64,000 nt of DNA, from positions 544,001 through 608,000 of the forward strand of contig JAXGMI010000001.1 in the NCBI GenBank assembly GCA_040768745.1, written 5' to 3'. Every line of letters begins with the position of its first letter. Position 1 is the stretch's first letter. The DNA comes from Desulfomicrobium sp. Lineage in GTDB: Bacteria; Desulfobacterota; Desulfovibrionia; Desulfovibrionales; Desulfomicrobiaceae. The position numbers and the translations under genes were made by a program. Under the pieces are notes generated by a model. That model was not told the DNA's origin. It saw only the letters and a program-made list of their open reading frames with translations, and did not search any database. This document shows positions 51,928-61,830 of this stretch, piece by piece.

Positions 51928-52707
51928 ATGAATCTCAATGATAAAGTAACTATTATAACCGGAGGAGGACAGGGGATCGGACGTGCGCTTTCCCTTGGGT
52001 TCGCTGGTTATGGCGCAACTGTGATCGTAGCCGACATCAATGAACAGGGAACGCAAGGAACCGTCGACATAATCCGCAAGGAAGGTGGAAAGGCGCAAGG
52101 TGTTCACTTGGACGTCACAGACGAGGCCTCTGTTCAGGCACTCTTTAAAGTTGCTGTCGAAACCTTTGGCGGTGTGGACATCGTTATCAACAACAGCGGC
52201 GTTGCAGGACCCAAAGGCCAGACGGAATCGGTGACCCTGGACGACTGGCGACAGGCCAACTCCATCAACGTGGACGGCATGTTCCTTATGTGCAAGCACG
52301 CGATCCCGGTACTGCGAAACCGAGGCAAGGGGGTCATTCTTAACGTCTCATCCGTATCCGCCAAACGCCCGCTGATAGAACGCGCAAATTACTGCGCAGC
52401 CAAGGCCGCCGTCATAGGCCTCACACGTTCCCTGGCACTTGAGTGCGGCCAGTGGAATATTCGGGTCAACGCCATTTGCCCCGGCGCTGTTGAAGGGCCG
52501 CGGCAAGATGCCATCCTGCGTCATGCAGCGGCAGCCGCTGGGATCAGCTTTGAGGAAGCCGCAGCCCGCAAAAAGAGTAATTCCCCCCTCAACTCGTTTG
52601 TTCCGCCGTCACACATCGCGGAGGTAGCGGCCTTTCTCTGTTCGGACAAAGCATCTTCAATGACCGGTCAAGACATCAACATTTCCGCAGGCGCATGGAT
52701 GTGCTGA
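51928..52707 (+). CDS. Classical SDR oxidoreductase (NAD-preferring)
   Basis: TGGGQGIG, acidic residue in VADI, NNSG, YCAAK, VNAICPG. Confidence 0.92.
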   Translation: MNLNDKVTIITGGGQGIGRALSLGFAGYGATVIVADINEQGTQGTVDIIRKEGGKAQGVHLDVTDEASVQALFKVAVETFGGVDIVINNSGVAGPKGQTESVTLDDWRQANSINVDGMFLMCKHAIPVLRNRGKGVILNVSSVSAKRPLIERANYCAAKAAVIGLTRSLALECGQWNIRVNAICPGAVEGPRQDAILRHAAAAAGISFEEAAARKKSNSPLNSFVPPSHIAEVAAFLCSDKASSMTGQDINISAGAWMC

Positions 52708-52761
52708 AGCGCAGGTTGCAAACATTCAATTGAAATAGAAACATATCAAGGAGACTCTCGA

Positions 52762-54345
52762 ATGACACCAGGTCAGCGTTATTTTACTGTATTGGAAAAA
52801 GCCGGAGAACATGGTCGCCGGGAAGATCTGCTTCGACTGAAGCTCTACATTAATGGCGAATGGCGAGAATCCGCCTCCAAGGCTCCCTACCGGGACGGCT
52901 ATAACCCGTCGACGGGCGAAGTGATTGCTAAGATTCCCCAGTGTACCGTGGCCGAACTTGACGAAGCTGTCGCCGCAGCCAAGGCCGCCTATCCGGCATG
53001 GTCACGCACGCCGGTGCGCAGTCGCGTGCAGGTGTTGTTCCGCATGAAGGCATTGATGGATCAGCATGTTGACGAATTGACAACGCTCCTGTGCCGGGAA
53101 CAGGGCAAAACGCGTTCCGAGTCTAAAGGCGACATCGTCAAAGCCATAGAGGTCGTGGAATTTGCCTCCGGGATGCCGCAGCTGATGAAGGGCGAGTCCA
53201 TCATGAACGTCTCCAAGGGCTACGACACGGTGCTTTACCGTGAATCCATGGGCGTCTTCCTCGGACTGGTGCCGTGGAACTTCCCGGCGATGATCCCGCA
53301 CGGCTGGATGATTCCTCTCTGTATTGCCGCAGGGAACACGTTTGTGCTCAAATCCGCGACCAATTGTCCCCAGAGCTCCATGCGCATCATGGAACTCTGG
53401 GAAGAAGCCGGATTGCCCAAAGGTGTCGTGAACATTGTCACTGCCAATGTCTCGGATGTAGAACACCTTATCAAGCACCCCGACATCGTCGGTGTCAGCT
53501 TTGTAGGCTCGACATCCGTGGCCATGACCGTCTACAGTCAGGCCGCCGAGGCCGGCAAACGCGCGCAGTGTCTCGGCGAAGCCAAAAACCACGCCCTTGT
53601 CACGGCCGATGCACATCTCGAGCGGAGCGCTGCAGGCATCATCAATGCATTCTGCGGCTGTGCCGGCGAGCGCTGCATGGCTCTGCCCGTCGTCGTGGCG
53701 GAAGAAGCCATCGCCGACCGCCTTGTGGAACTCTTGGTGAAACAGGCACAGGAACAGACCCTCGGGTGTGCCTATCTGCCGGATACGAAGATGGGGCCAC
53801 TGGTGAATGCCCGCCATAAGGAATCCGTAGAAAAATGGATTGCGAAAGGCCTCGAAGAAGGCGCCAAAATGGTGCTGGATGGCCGAGGCGTAAAAGTTCC
53901 CGGTTATGAAAACGGCTTCTTTGTCGGCCCCACCATCCTTGATCATGTAACTGAAGACATGACCGTCGGCTCGCAGGAAATCTTCGGCCCCGTGCTGTGC
54001 ATTAAGCGCGTGAAGAATTTCGAGGAAGGCTTGGAACTCATGAACCGCAATCCTTTTGCCAACGGTTCTGTCATCTATACCTCTAGCGGTTACTACGCCC
54101 GTGAATTTGCATTTCGCACGCATGGCGGACAAGTAGGCATCAACGTGGGGATTCCTGTTCCCATGAGCATTTTCGGTTTCACCGGTCACAAGAAAAGCTT
54201 CATCGGTGACCTTCATGTCATGGGAATGGACGGCGTGCGCTTCTACACGGAAAGCAAAAATGTCACGAGCACGTGGTTCACGGCGGAAACAGAAGCCAAA
54301 GTCGATACTTGGGACGGTATGGTCGCTGCCGGACATAAAAACTGA
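52762..54345 (+). CDS. CoA-acylating (methyl)malonate-semialdehyde dehydrogenase (MmsA/IolA family)
   Basis: PWNFPAMIP, SFVGST, AKNH, AGERCMA, EIFGPV, VGINVGIPVP. Confidence 0.9.
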   Translation: MTPGQRYFTVLEKAGEHGRREDLLRLKLYINGEWRESASKAPYRDGYNPSTGEVIAKIPQCTVAELDEAVAAAKAAYPAWSRTPVRSRVQVLFRMKALMDQHVDELTTLLCREQGKTRSESKGDIVKAIEVVEFASGMPQLMKGESIMNVSKGYDTVLYRESMGVFLGLVPWNFPAMIPHGWMIPLCIAAGNTFVLKSATNCPQSSMRIMELWEEAGLPKGVVNIVTANVSDVEHLIKHPDIVGVSFVGSTSVAMTVYSQAAEAGKRAQCLGEAKNHALVTADAHLERSAAGIINAFCGCAGERCMALPVVVAEEAIADRLVELLVKQAQEQTLGCAYLPDTKMGPLVNARHKESVEKWIAKGLEEGAKMVLDGRGVKVPGYENGFFVGPTILDHVTEDMTVGSQEIFGPVLCIKRVKNFEEGLELMNRNPFANGSVIYTSSGYYAREFAFRTHGGQVGINVGIPVPMSIFGFTGHKKSFIGDLHVMGMDGVRFYTESKNVTSTWFTAETEAKVDTWDGMVAAGHKN

Positions 54346-54474
54346 TACCCGGACGGGACGAGACCATTTGAAAGGTGCATGAGGAGTAGTGATGCTATCC
54401 GGATAGATAAAACCTATCATACTCTTCACTAGACAAGAATGAAAAGCATCTAAAAAAACTCGAGGTCATTTGTT

Positions 54475-56151
54475 ATGGCTATGTTGAAGCAGCTTCGCAA
54501 AGGAAGCGAAATTCTGATGGAAATGTTTAAGGGACATGGTGTCACACATGTATTCTATATGGAAGCAGTACTTCGTTACACCATGCTGGAGATGGAGAAG
54601 GTAGGCATTAAGCGCGTTTTGTGTCACTCAGAAAAAGGGGCTGCGTACATGGCAGACGGCTATGCACGGGCCACAGGCAGACCCGGAGTGTGTCTCGCTC
54701 AATCTGTTGGTGCCGCCAATCTGGCTGCTGGATTACAGGACGCATACCTTTCGCATTCTCCAGTTTTGGCGATAACTGGATGCAAGCCTTCAGCTGAAAA
54801 ACATCGAAATACATACCAAGAACTTGATCATTGGCCTCTTTATCAACCCGTTACCAAGTATAATGTATCCATCCAGACAACAGACGAGTTGCCTCAAGCA
54901 CTCAGACAAGCCTTTAGAGAGGCTATGACCGGCGCGCCCGGACCTGTCCATCTGGAGTTTCCTCAGCATCAGGGTATGCATATAGAATTGGGGGAAACTG
55001 AAGGTGGAACGACTGTTGACAAGCGATTCGCCCAATTGCCCCCGTTCAGACCATACCCCGATCCTGCAGATTTGGCCGAGGTTGTTAAGCAAATCTATGA
55101 CGCCGAGCGTCCTGTCTTGGTAATCGGCCTTGGCGCTGTCCTCTCTGGTGCGGGGCCTGAATTAGCCGCCATCATCGATAGATTAGGCATCCCTTTTGCG
55201 ACGACCATGGACGGAAAGGGCCTTGTTCCCGACACGCATCCTCTTTGTGTCGGCCCCATTGGCGGGTATGGCCGCAAGTGCGCAAACGCTATCCTGGCTG
55301 AAGCCGATCTCGTGGTGTTCATCGGGTCTGGCTTGGACGATCAGGTGACTAACAAATGGTCCCTGCCCTCTCAGGACACCCACGTTATCCAAATCGATAT
55401 CGATCCGTCGGAACTGGGGCGCAATTACATGAATAGCGCCAGCATAATGGCAGATGCAAAAGCTGCGGCATCGTCCATCCTGCCATTGCTCACGGGAGCG
55501 CACAAAAGTGTTGCCTGGGCGCAGAAGGCCACGGCAAGTGTCAACGCATGGCGGCAGGCTCAAGCAGAAATCAGGGCAAGCGACAGTTGCCCTATTAGTG
55601 CGGAACGATTGTGCCATGAAGTGCAACAAGCCTTGCCTGCAAATGCCGCACTCGTGGCGGACACAGGATTTTCCGCTATCTGGGCGGGTTCGTTTATCGA
55701 GTTGACACAGCAAGGGCAACGCTTTTTCCGACCTGGCGGCGGTTCTCTTGGTTGGGGGTTCCCTGCATCACTGGGAGTGAAATGCGGCATGCCGGAAAGA
55801 CCCGTTGTATGTTTTACCGGCGACGGCGCCTTCTGGTATCATCTAAATGAACTGGAAACAGCTGTTCGACATAAAATCAATACTGTGACAGTATTGAACA
55901 ATAATGGCGGACTTGGACAATGCTATAGAGGAATAAAAGCTCTTTATAACGGAATAACAGGGCGATCAGAGGATCTTTATGAATATTCGAATGTGAATTT
56001 CGCGGAGCTTGCTGAAAAAATGGGCGCATTTGCTATTCGAGTTAAAAACGCCAAAGACATTGCCCCTGCGTTACGCGAAGCGCTTTCGGCGAATAAGCCT
56101 GCTGTAGTAGAGGTTCTTACAAATATAGCAGGAGACCCACAAGAATATTAA
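54475..56151 (+). CDS. ThDP-dependent enzyme (acetolactate-synthase-like fold, unknown reaction)
   Basis: HSEKGAAYMADGYAR (catalytic Glu), PGPVHL, GDGAF..NNN ThDP/Mg motif. Confidence 0.88.
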   Translation: MAMLKQLRKGSEILMEMFKGHGVTHVFYMEAVLRYTMLEMEKVGIKRVLCHSEKGAAYMADGYARATGRPGVCLAQSVGAANLAAGLQDAYLSHSPVLAITGCKPSAEKHRNTYQELDHWPLYQPVTKYNVSIQTTDELPQALRQAFREAMTGAPGPVHLEFPQHQGMHIELGETEGGTTVDKRFAQLPPFRPYPDPADLAEVVKQIYDAERPVLVIGLGAVLSGAGPELAAIIDRLGIPFATTMDGKGLVPDTHPLCVGPIGGYGRKCANAILAEADLVVFIGSGLDDQVTNKWSLPSQDTHVIQIDIDPSELGRNYMNSASIMADAKAAASSILPLLTGAHKSVAWAQKATASVNAWRQAQAEIRASDSCPISAERLCHEVQQALPANAALVADTGFSAIWAGSFIELTQQGQRFFRPGGGSLGWGFPASLGVKCGMPERPVVCFTGDGAFWYHLNELETAVRHKINTVTVLNNNGGLGQCYRGIKALYNGITGRSEDLYEYSNVNFAELAEKMGAFAIRVKNAKDIAPALREALSANKPAVVEVLTNIAGDPQEY

Positions 56152-56197
56152 GATAAAACGCGAAAAATTGCACACTATCCTGAAATAGTCGCAGCTA

Positions 56198-56441
56198 GGC
56201 AAGCTTACACAGAATTCGTACATTGAACGGTCCAACAAGACCTACAGGGAAGAGGTCCTGGACTTCTACCTGTTCAAATCCCTCACGGAAGTGAAGGAAA
56301 TTACGGAGAATTGGCTGAGGCAGTACAACGAGGAGCGGCCCTATGAGTCTCTTGGCAATTTGACCCCGGCAGAGTTCCTCATGAAAAATTCACCCAAGGA
56401 AGTCTCTCCTTTTGGAGAGCACTAACTTGGGGAGGTTTACA
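56198..56441 (+). pseudogene. IS3-family transposase C-terminal remnant with right end
   Basis: 56198-56425 translates GKLTQNSYIERSNKTYREEVLDFYLFKSL.EV..ITENW..QYNEERP..SLGNLTP; ends GGGGAGGTTTACA, an IS3-type CA terminus. Confidence 0.85.
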
Positions 56442-57355
56442 ACACATTTTACCACGGAGATTCTTATGCGTCTTCTCACCTTGGCAAGTATTGTCTTCAG
56501 TTTGTTGTTTATGGCGCCTCATTCAGGGCAGGCGGCAATCACATTGAAAGCAGCGTATACCAATGTTGAAGAACATCCTCAGGCAGCTGGCTTTGCGCTT
56601 TTCAAAAAGCTTGTGGAAGAACGCAGTAACGGTGAGTTGAAAATCGAGCTGTATGGAAGCGGAAAATTTGGTTATGCAGAAGCTATCATGCAAGGGCTGC
56701 AGATGGGTGTTCTTGCCATAGGCGGTGAATCTCCTGGCAACTACTCTGTCTATGATCCGAGCATAATGGTGCTTGACCTTCCCTATCTGTTTCCGGACTA
56801 CGCATCAGCAGAACGCTTTTTCCTCACCAAGGAAGCCTTTGAGCTGACAAAAGCCTTTGAAAGCAAGGGGGTAACACTGCTCGGCTTTATGCACCTTGGT
56901 TACAGAACCATTTTCAGCAACCGTCCCATCACCTCTCTGGAGGATGCCAAAGGGCTTAAGATACGCACAACCGCATCCAAGGTTGAAATCGAAACAATCA
57001 AGGCGTTTGGCATGAATCCCACGCCGATGTCCTGGGGGGAAGTCTACACCTCGCTTCAACAGAAGACCATTGACGGGATCAATACTGACATCAACTTGGC
57101 GTGGGTAAACAAGTTCTATGAAGTATGCAAGTATGTTACGCTTAGCAATAACAACTACTGCCCACTTATGATTTTTGTATCCAACAGCCATTGGAATAAG
57201 CTTTCTCCTGAGCATCAGAAGATTGTAAAGGAATCCTTTGATGAAGGTCTGGCTTTGCAGCGAAAGCTTATTTTTGAAAATGCCAAAACTCTGTAAGCGC
57301 TCAGACATCCGCATTTTCCACGGGCGTCCCTGACCTGCGATAGAAGCAGGAGTCT

Positions 57356-58909
57356 TTACTTTTTGCGAGGCTTGGGCTTGGGAAGGCTTGGGAGAAGGGA
57401 TTTGTCCACGTGCTGCGGCATGAGCGCCCGCATGTCTTCCGTGGTCCGTGCTGCGGGGAAGCGTTCGAAGAGGAATTTCAGGTAGGCTTGGGGCTCGATC
57501 TCGTTGGCCTTGGCGGTTTCCACCAGGGAAAAGAGCATGGCGCTGGCGTCAGCGCCCTTGGGGACTCCGGCAAAGAGCCAGTTCTTCCGGCCCAGGGCCA
57601 CGGGGCGGATGGCGTTCTCGGCCGTGTTGTTGTCGGGCGTGAGCAATCCGCAGTCCACGTAGCGCACGGCCCGGCTCCACTGGTTGCGGGCGTAGGTCAT
57701 GGCCTGTCCGAGCAGGCTTTTGGGCGGGACGTGGTCGATGCGCTCGTCGAGGATGGCCCGTATTGCGTTGAGGATGGGAACTGCTTGCTCCAAGCGCATT
57801 GGTACCTTTTCCTCCGGCTCCAGTTCTTTGATATTGTGCTCGACCTTGTAGAGCAGACCGATGAGATCCAGGATTTCCTTGGCCGTCCCGTGCGTGATCT
57901 TCTTTGAGGTCGCTTTCTGGACGTCCATGAACTTACGACGGATGTGGGCCATGCAACCGACATGGATGATGCCGTCCGATTCGCCGAGAGCCTGGTACCC
58001 GGAGTAGCCGTCGGTCTGGATGTAGCCCTTGTACTCGCCCAGATACTCCTTGGGGACAGAGCCCGACCTGGTCGGGTCGTAGCAATAGACCACGGTCGGC
58101 CGATCTGGATTGCCGCCACGGAAGAGCCACAGATACGATGTGGAAGTATCGGATCGCCCTGGTTCGTTGAGTACTTGCAGTGTGGTTTCGTCCATGTTGA
58201 TGACCGGGCCGGAGCGGATTTCCGCCTGGAACAGTTCATGGAGCGGCTCCAGCGCCTTGGCCACGGCCATGGCCCATCCGGACATGGAATGACGCGGGAT
58301 GTCCACGCCCAAGCGGGCAAACTGCTTGGTCTGGCGGTAGAACGGCATGGCATCGACGAACTTGGCGGTAATGACCTGGGCCAAGAGGCTCGGCGTGGCG
58401 ATGCCCTTGGGGATGATCTGCGGCGGCATGGGTGCGATACGCACCACCGGCATACCCTCCTCTCCGTCGCAGGCCGGACAGGCGTACTTCGGGCGGATAT
58501 GGCGTTCTACCCGCATGACGGCCGGGACGTAATCGAGCTTTTCGGAGACTTCTTCGCCGATGCGCTTCAGGCAGGCTCCGCAAGAGCAGAGTTTCTGGTC
58601 TTCGGGCAGATCGTGAACGACTTCGATGCGCGGCAGGTGATCCGGCAGAGGCTTGCGTCCCCGCTTGGCTCTGGTGTGGGCCGGGACTTCGACGACGGGC
58701 ATTTCCGCAGGCTTCGCCTCTGCGATCCTAACCAAGGGCAGAGGTAGGATGCCTTGGTAGAGGTCTTTGGATTTCTCGGACTTGGGAGCATACAGGGCGG
58801 CCTGCAACAGGGCCACGCGATCCTGGAGATGGCGGTTTTGCTGGTAGTAATCCCAGACCAGATGCTTGAGTTGCCCGATGTCATCGGGAAGGTTCTCGAT
58901 GTCTCCCAT
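57356..58909 (-). CDS. tnpC: IS66 transposase TnpC
   Basis: Zinc finger (CSCG..CPAC), MDET, QTDGY, CMAHIRRKF, DNNTAENAIRPVALGRKNWLF. Start uncertain. Confidence 0.93.
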   Translation of the reverse strand: MGDIENLPDDIGQLKHLVWDYYQQNRHLQDRVALLQAALYAPKSEKSKDLYQGILPLPLVRIAEAKPAEMPVVEVPAHTRAKRGRKPLPDHLPRIEVVHDLPEDQKLCSCGACLKRIGEEVSEKLDYVPAVMRVERHIRPKYACPACDGEEGMPVVRIAPMPPQIIPKGIATPSLLAQVITAKFVDAMPFYRQTKQFARLGVDIPRHSMSGWAMAVAKALEPLHELFQAEIRSGPVINMDETTLQVLNEPGRSDTSTSYLWLFRGGNPDRPTVVYCYDPTRSGSVPKEYLGEYKGYIQTDGYSGYQALGESDGIIHVGCMAHIRRKFMDVQKATSKKITHGTAKEILDLIGLLYKVEHNIKELEPEEKVPMRLEQAVPILNAIRAILDERIDHVPPKSLLGQAMTYARNQWSRAVRYVDCGLLTPDNNTAENAIRPVALGRKNWLFAGVPKGADASAMLFSLVETAKANEIEPQAYLKFLFERFPAARTTEDMRALMPQHVDKSLLPSLPKPKPRKK

Positions 58910-58956
58910 GCAAGAATATTTAGCAATAATATCTTGAAATAGCAAGATATTTGTCA

Positions 58957-59307
58957 CTATAGAACCGATCTGTAGTACAACCGCTGATGTGCTCCTTGCG
59001 GCGTGAGCGTGAGTCCATCGAGGAGCCAGCCAAGCTGTTGCGGGGTGATATTCATGACCTCTGACGCCCGCTCGGGCCAGCAGAATCGATGCTTCTCCAG
59101 GCGCTTGTGCCAGAGGCAGAAGCCGTTGCGATCCCAGTACAGCACCTTGATGGCGTCGCGCCTGCGGTTGCAGAAGACAAAGAGGTGTCCGGAAAAGGGG
59201 TCCAGATCGAGAATGCCCTGGGCCGTCATGCTCAGTCTGTCGATGCCGGCGCGCATGTCCGTGGTACCGGGGGCGAGATAGACCTTGGCCGCGGGCACCC
59301 TCAGCAT
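58957..59307 (-). CDS. tnpB: IS66 accessory protein TnpB
   Basis: TDMRAGID, LFVFCNRRRD, LYWDRNGF, KRLE. Confidence 0.93.
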   Translation of the reverse strand: MLRVPAAKVYLAPGTTDMRAGIDRLSMTAQGILDLDPFSGHLFVFCNRRRDAIKVLYWDRNGFCLWHKRLEKHRFCWPERASEVMNITPQQLGWLLDGLTLTPQGAHQRLYYRSVL

Positions 59308-59627
59308 CGGGCTTCCAGCACGGTCAGCAGCTTGGTCAGCGTGGCTTCGTCGAAGTCAGCCGGGATATCGAGAGCGTAACGCTTACCGACCAGCAGGCCA
59401 ATGGACGGGGCTTTCGAGGCGAACGTAAGCGGCAACGCCACAAGAGCAGGAATTGAGGTGGATTCGCCACCAGAAGATGATCGGGACTTTGTTATCCAGT
59501 ATTGGAACGTGCTCAAAGCCAAACCATTTTCGCGACAGTATCGGGTCTTGCCGAGGCCACTCTCCCGCCATTGCCGGACATGCGCCATCCAGCGTGCCGC
59601 GTGATTCTGTGCAAATTGAGATTTCAT
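59301..59627 (-). CDS. tnpA: IS66 accessory protein TnpA
   Basis: W..HV.QWRESGL...YCRENGL..STF.YW; GGAGGT RBS. Confidence 0.88.
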   Translation of the reverse strand: MKSQFAQNHAARWMAHVRQWRESGLGKTRYCRENGLALSTFQYWITKSRSSSGGESTSIPALVALPLTFASKAPSIGLLVGKRYALDIPADFDEATLTKLLTVLEARC

Positions 59628-59902
59628 GAAGACCTCCTTGAATTGGAGGCCCATTATCTCACATGAAAAATTTATGGATAGATGCGGACAGGTGAGCGCT
59701 TACAAAACTCTCCGAAAAAAGATGGAAGAAGCGGGTGTGAAGTTCATTGATCTGCCTGACGCCGAACTTGCCCGTTGGAAGGATGCAACCAAAACTGTGG
59801 GTGAGAAGGTTAAGGATATCATTCCTCTGGAAAAACAGGAGCGGATTAAGAGCCTTATTAAGTAACTTCGTACAGAGAGATACCATCAACCAAACGAGGC
59901 TC

Positions 59903-59956
59903 AATCGATCAGGAAAGCTTGTCTCTGACAGCCAGAGGCTTTCCTGATCGATTTTT
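59903..59956 (+). terminator. Stem-loop / partial terminator between dctP and dctQ
   Basis: Perfect 16-bp arms AATCGATCAGGAAAGC / GCTTTCCTGATCGATT followed by a T-rich tail. Confidence 0.65.
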
Positions 59957-59984
59957 ATATTTTTGGATACCCTCTGGAGGAATC

Positions 59985-60470
59985 ATGAAAGTTATTGAGC
60001 GTCTCGAGGAATACATTCCCATCATTTTCCTCTTCATCCTTTTTATTGTGCTCATTGTACAGACTTTTTTCCGCTACGTCCTTTCTAACTCTCTGCTCTG
60101 GCCGGAAGAGATCGCCCGGTATGCTTTTATTGCCCTTGTCTACTTTGGCTCAGGCGTTTCTGCGAGGGAAGGGCGCCACCTTGAAATCAGTGTGTCGAAG
60201 ACTTTATTAGGAGAAAAAATTAGGCGTATTCTGGTCGTTCTGACTTCCGTCATCACCACCGGCTATTGTATTCTCATGACTATCTGGGGTTTTGACATGG
60301 CAATGTTCGTCAAGGAAAGCCAACAAGTTTCCGCATCTATTCCTATTCCTACTTATATATTTTATCTATGTATCCCTATTGGAATGATTTGGATGGCAAT
60401 AAGAACTATAACATTTGGAAAAAAAGATCTTCGTGCTCACCATACGACAGAAGACATACCAATCATATAG
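59985..60470 (+). CDS. dctQ: TRAP small permease DctQ
   Basis: FFRYVL..SL.WPEEIARY, H-containing loop, four TM segments; GGAGG RBS. Confidence 0.9.
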   Translation: MKVIERLEEYIPIIFLFILFIVLIVQTFFRYVLSNSLLWPEEIARYAFIALVYFGSGVSAREGRHLEISVSKTLLGEKIRRILVVLTSVITTGYCILMTIWGFDMAMFVKESQQVSASIPIPTYIFYLCIPIGMIWMAIRTITFGKKDLRAHHTTEDIPII

Positions 60471-60502
60471 TATTTTATTTACTATAGACAAGGAACTTCA
60501 TC

Positions 60503-61783
60503 ATGGAATTGCCGATTATAGTCAGTGCTATTTCATTAGTTTTTTTTCTCATAATAAGTGTACCCATCGGTGTTGCTATGGGTCTGTGCGTTGCGCTAGG
60601 GTTGCTTGTGGGCGATCTACCCCCTCAACTCATGATGCAAAAAATGTACATGGCACTGGACAGCTTTCCATTGCTGGCAGTACCTTTATTTATTCTTTCC
60701 GGTGAAATTATGCAGAAAGGTTCCATGGCCAACTCTCTGCTTAAACTTTCTCGCTCGCTGGTTGGCCACATCCATGGTGGCATGGCACATATATCTGTAC
60801 TTACAGCTTTATTTTATGGCGCCCTGTGCGGCTCTGCCCCTGCCACGGTTGCTGCTGTTGGCGGGATTATGATCCCAGCCATGGAAAAGGAAAAATATCC
60901 CCTGCGTTATGCTACTGCCGTCAACACCACGGCAGGCTGTCTGGGCGTGCTTATCCCTCCCAGCGTTCCCCTCATAATTTACGGTACGCAGGCAAACATT
61001 TCAATCAGTGATCTGTTTATTGCCGGTATTATGCCCGGGATATTAGTAGGCGTATTGTTAATTATCATGTGTTATGTCGTATGCAAAATCAAAAAGTACG
61101 GCATAACTCAGCCCAAGGCAACTTTCAAGGATATAATTCTTGGTTTATCTAGTGCTGGCTATGCACTTGTTGTGCCGGTGGTTGTGTTGGGTGGTATTTA
61201 TGGTGGTATTGTCACGCCGACAGAGGCCGGTGCCATTGCAGCCTTTTATGCCTTGATTGTCGAGGTTTTTATTACGCGCTCCCTAAATGCCAAAGGCATT
61301 GTTGATGTCTTTTGGAGTACAGTTGTTTCCACGGCTACCATCTTCTTTATTGTAGCTCCAGCCACGGCGCTTGGTCAGTTGCTCCTTATCTACAACGTTC
61401 CCGACGTCGTGACCGGACTTATGGCAGGGATTATCGACAATAAGTATCTCCTGTTGTCTTTGATCATTGCCATCCTGCTGTTTACGGGAACATTCATGGA
61501 CACGATTTCCAACATCGTCTTGTTTACTCCTCTCTTTATGCCTGCGGTGCTTAAGGCCGGTGTTGATCCCGTGCATTTCGGAGTCATCATGATTGTCGCA
61601 CTTGCCATTGGCTTCCTGACGCCGCCTGTTGGTGTAAACCTTTTTGTCGGGTGTGGAATCAGCAAGCTGAAAATTGAAGTACTGTCTGTTGCTGTCCTAC
61701 CATTTATCGCAGTACTTGCCGTAGCCCTGTTTACTATTGCCTTTATTCCGTCTATTTCTTTGATGCTTGTGCCAGCACGCTAA
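60503..61783 (+). CDS. dctM: TRAP large permease DctM
   Basis: SFPLLAVPLFILSG, IPPSVP, TPTEA, DPVHFG, TPPVG. Confidence 0.94.
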   Translation: MELPIIVSAISLVFFLIISVPIGVAMGLCVALGLLVGDLPPQLMMQKMYMALDSFPLLAVPLFILSGEIMQKGSMANSLLKLSRSLVGHIHGGMAHISVLTALFYGALCGSAPATVAAVGGIMIPAMEKEKYPLRYATAVNTTAGCLGVLIPPSVPLIIYGTQANISISDLFIAGIMPGILVGVLLIIMCYVVCKIKKYGITQPKATFKDIILGLSSAGYALVVPVVVLGGIYGGIVTPTEAGAIAAFYALIVEVFITRSLNAKGIVDVFWSTVVSTATIFFIVAPATALGQLLLIYNVPDVVTGLMAGIIDNKYLLLSLIIAILLFTGTFMDTISNIVLFTPLFMPAVLKAGVDPVHFGVIMIVALAIGFLTPPVGVNLFVGCGISKLKIEVLSVAVLPFIAVLAVALFTIAFIPSISLMLVPAR

Positions 61784-61830
61784 CCTTTTGAGCAAAGGTC
61801 CTGTCTCACCAGCTTGCATATGGAGGCACC

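Larger units (their letters stand above)
57293..59703 (-). mobile_element. Complete IS66-family element (2411 bp)
   Basis: IRs GTAAGCGCTCA-N4-TCCGCAT at both ends; 8-bp target duplication AAAACTCT at 57285-57292 and 59704-59711; tnpA, tnpB and tnpC intact. Confidence 0.96.
56466..59865 (+). pseudogene. dctP: TRAP substrate-binding protein DctP interrupted by IS66
   Basis: Joining 56466-57292 to 59712-59865 restores a 326-aa ORF (..ENAKTL|RKKMEEAGV..). DctP motifs GLKIRT, PTPMSWGEVYTSLQQKTIDG. Confidence 0.92.

Noticed and set aside
52762..56151. myo-inositol (iolA/iolD) catabolism
   Set aside because: The ThDP enzyme is shorter than IolD and does not resemble it at the N-terminus; no iolB/C/E/G nearby.
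59626..59865. 79-aa ORF as an independent gene
   Set aside because: A chimera of IS66 end sequence and the severed C-terminus of dctP.
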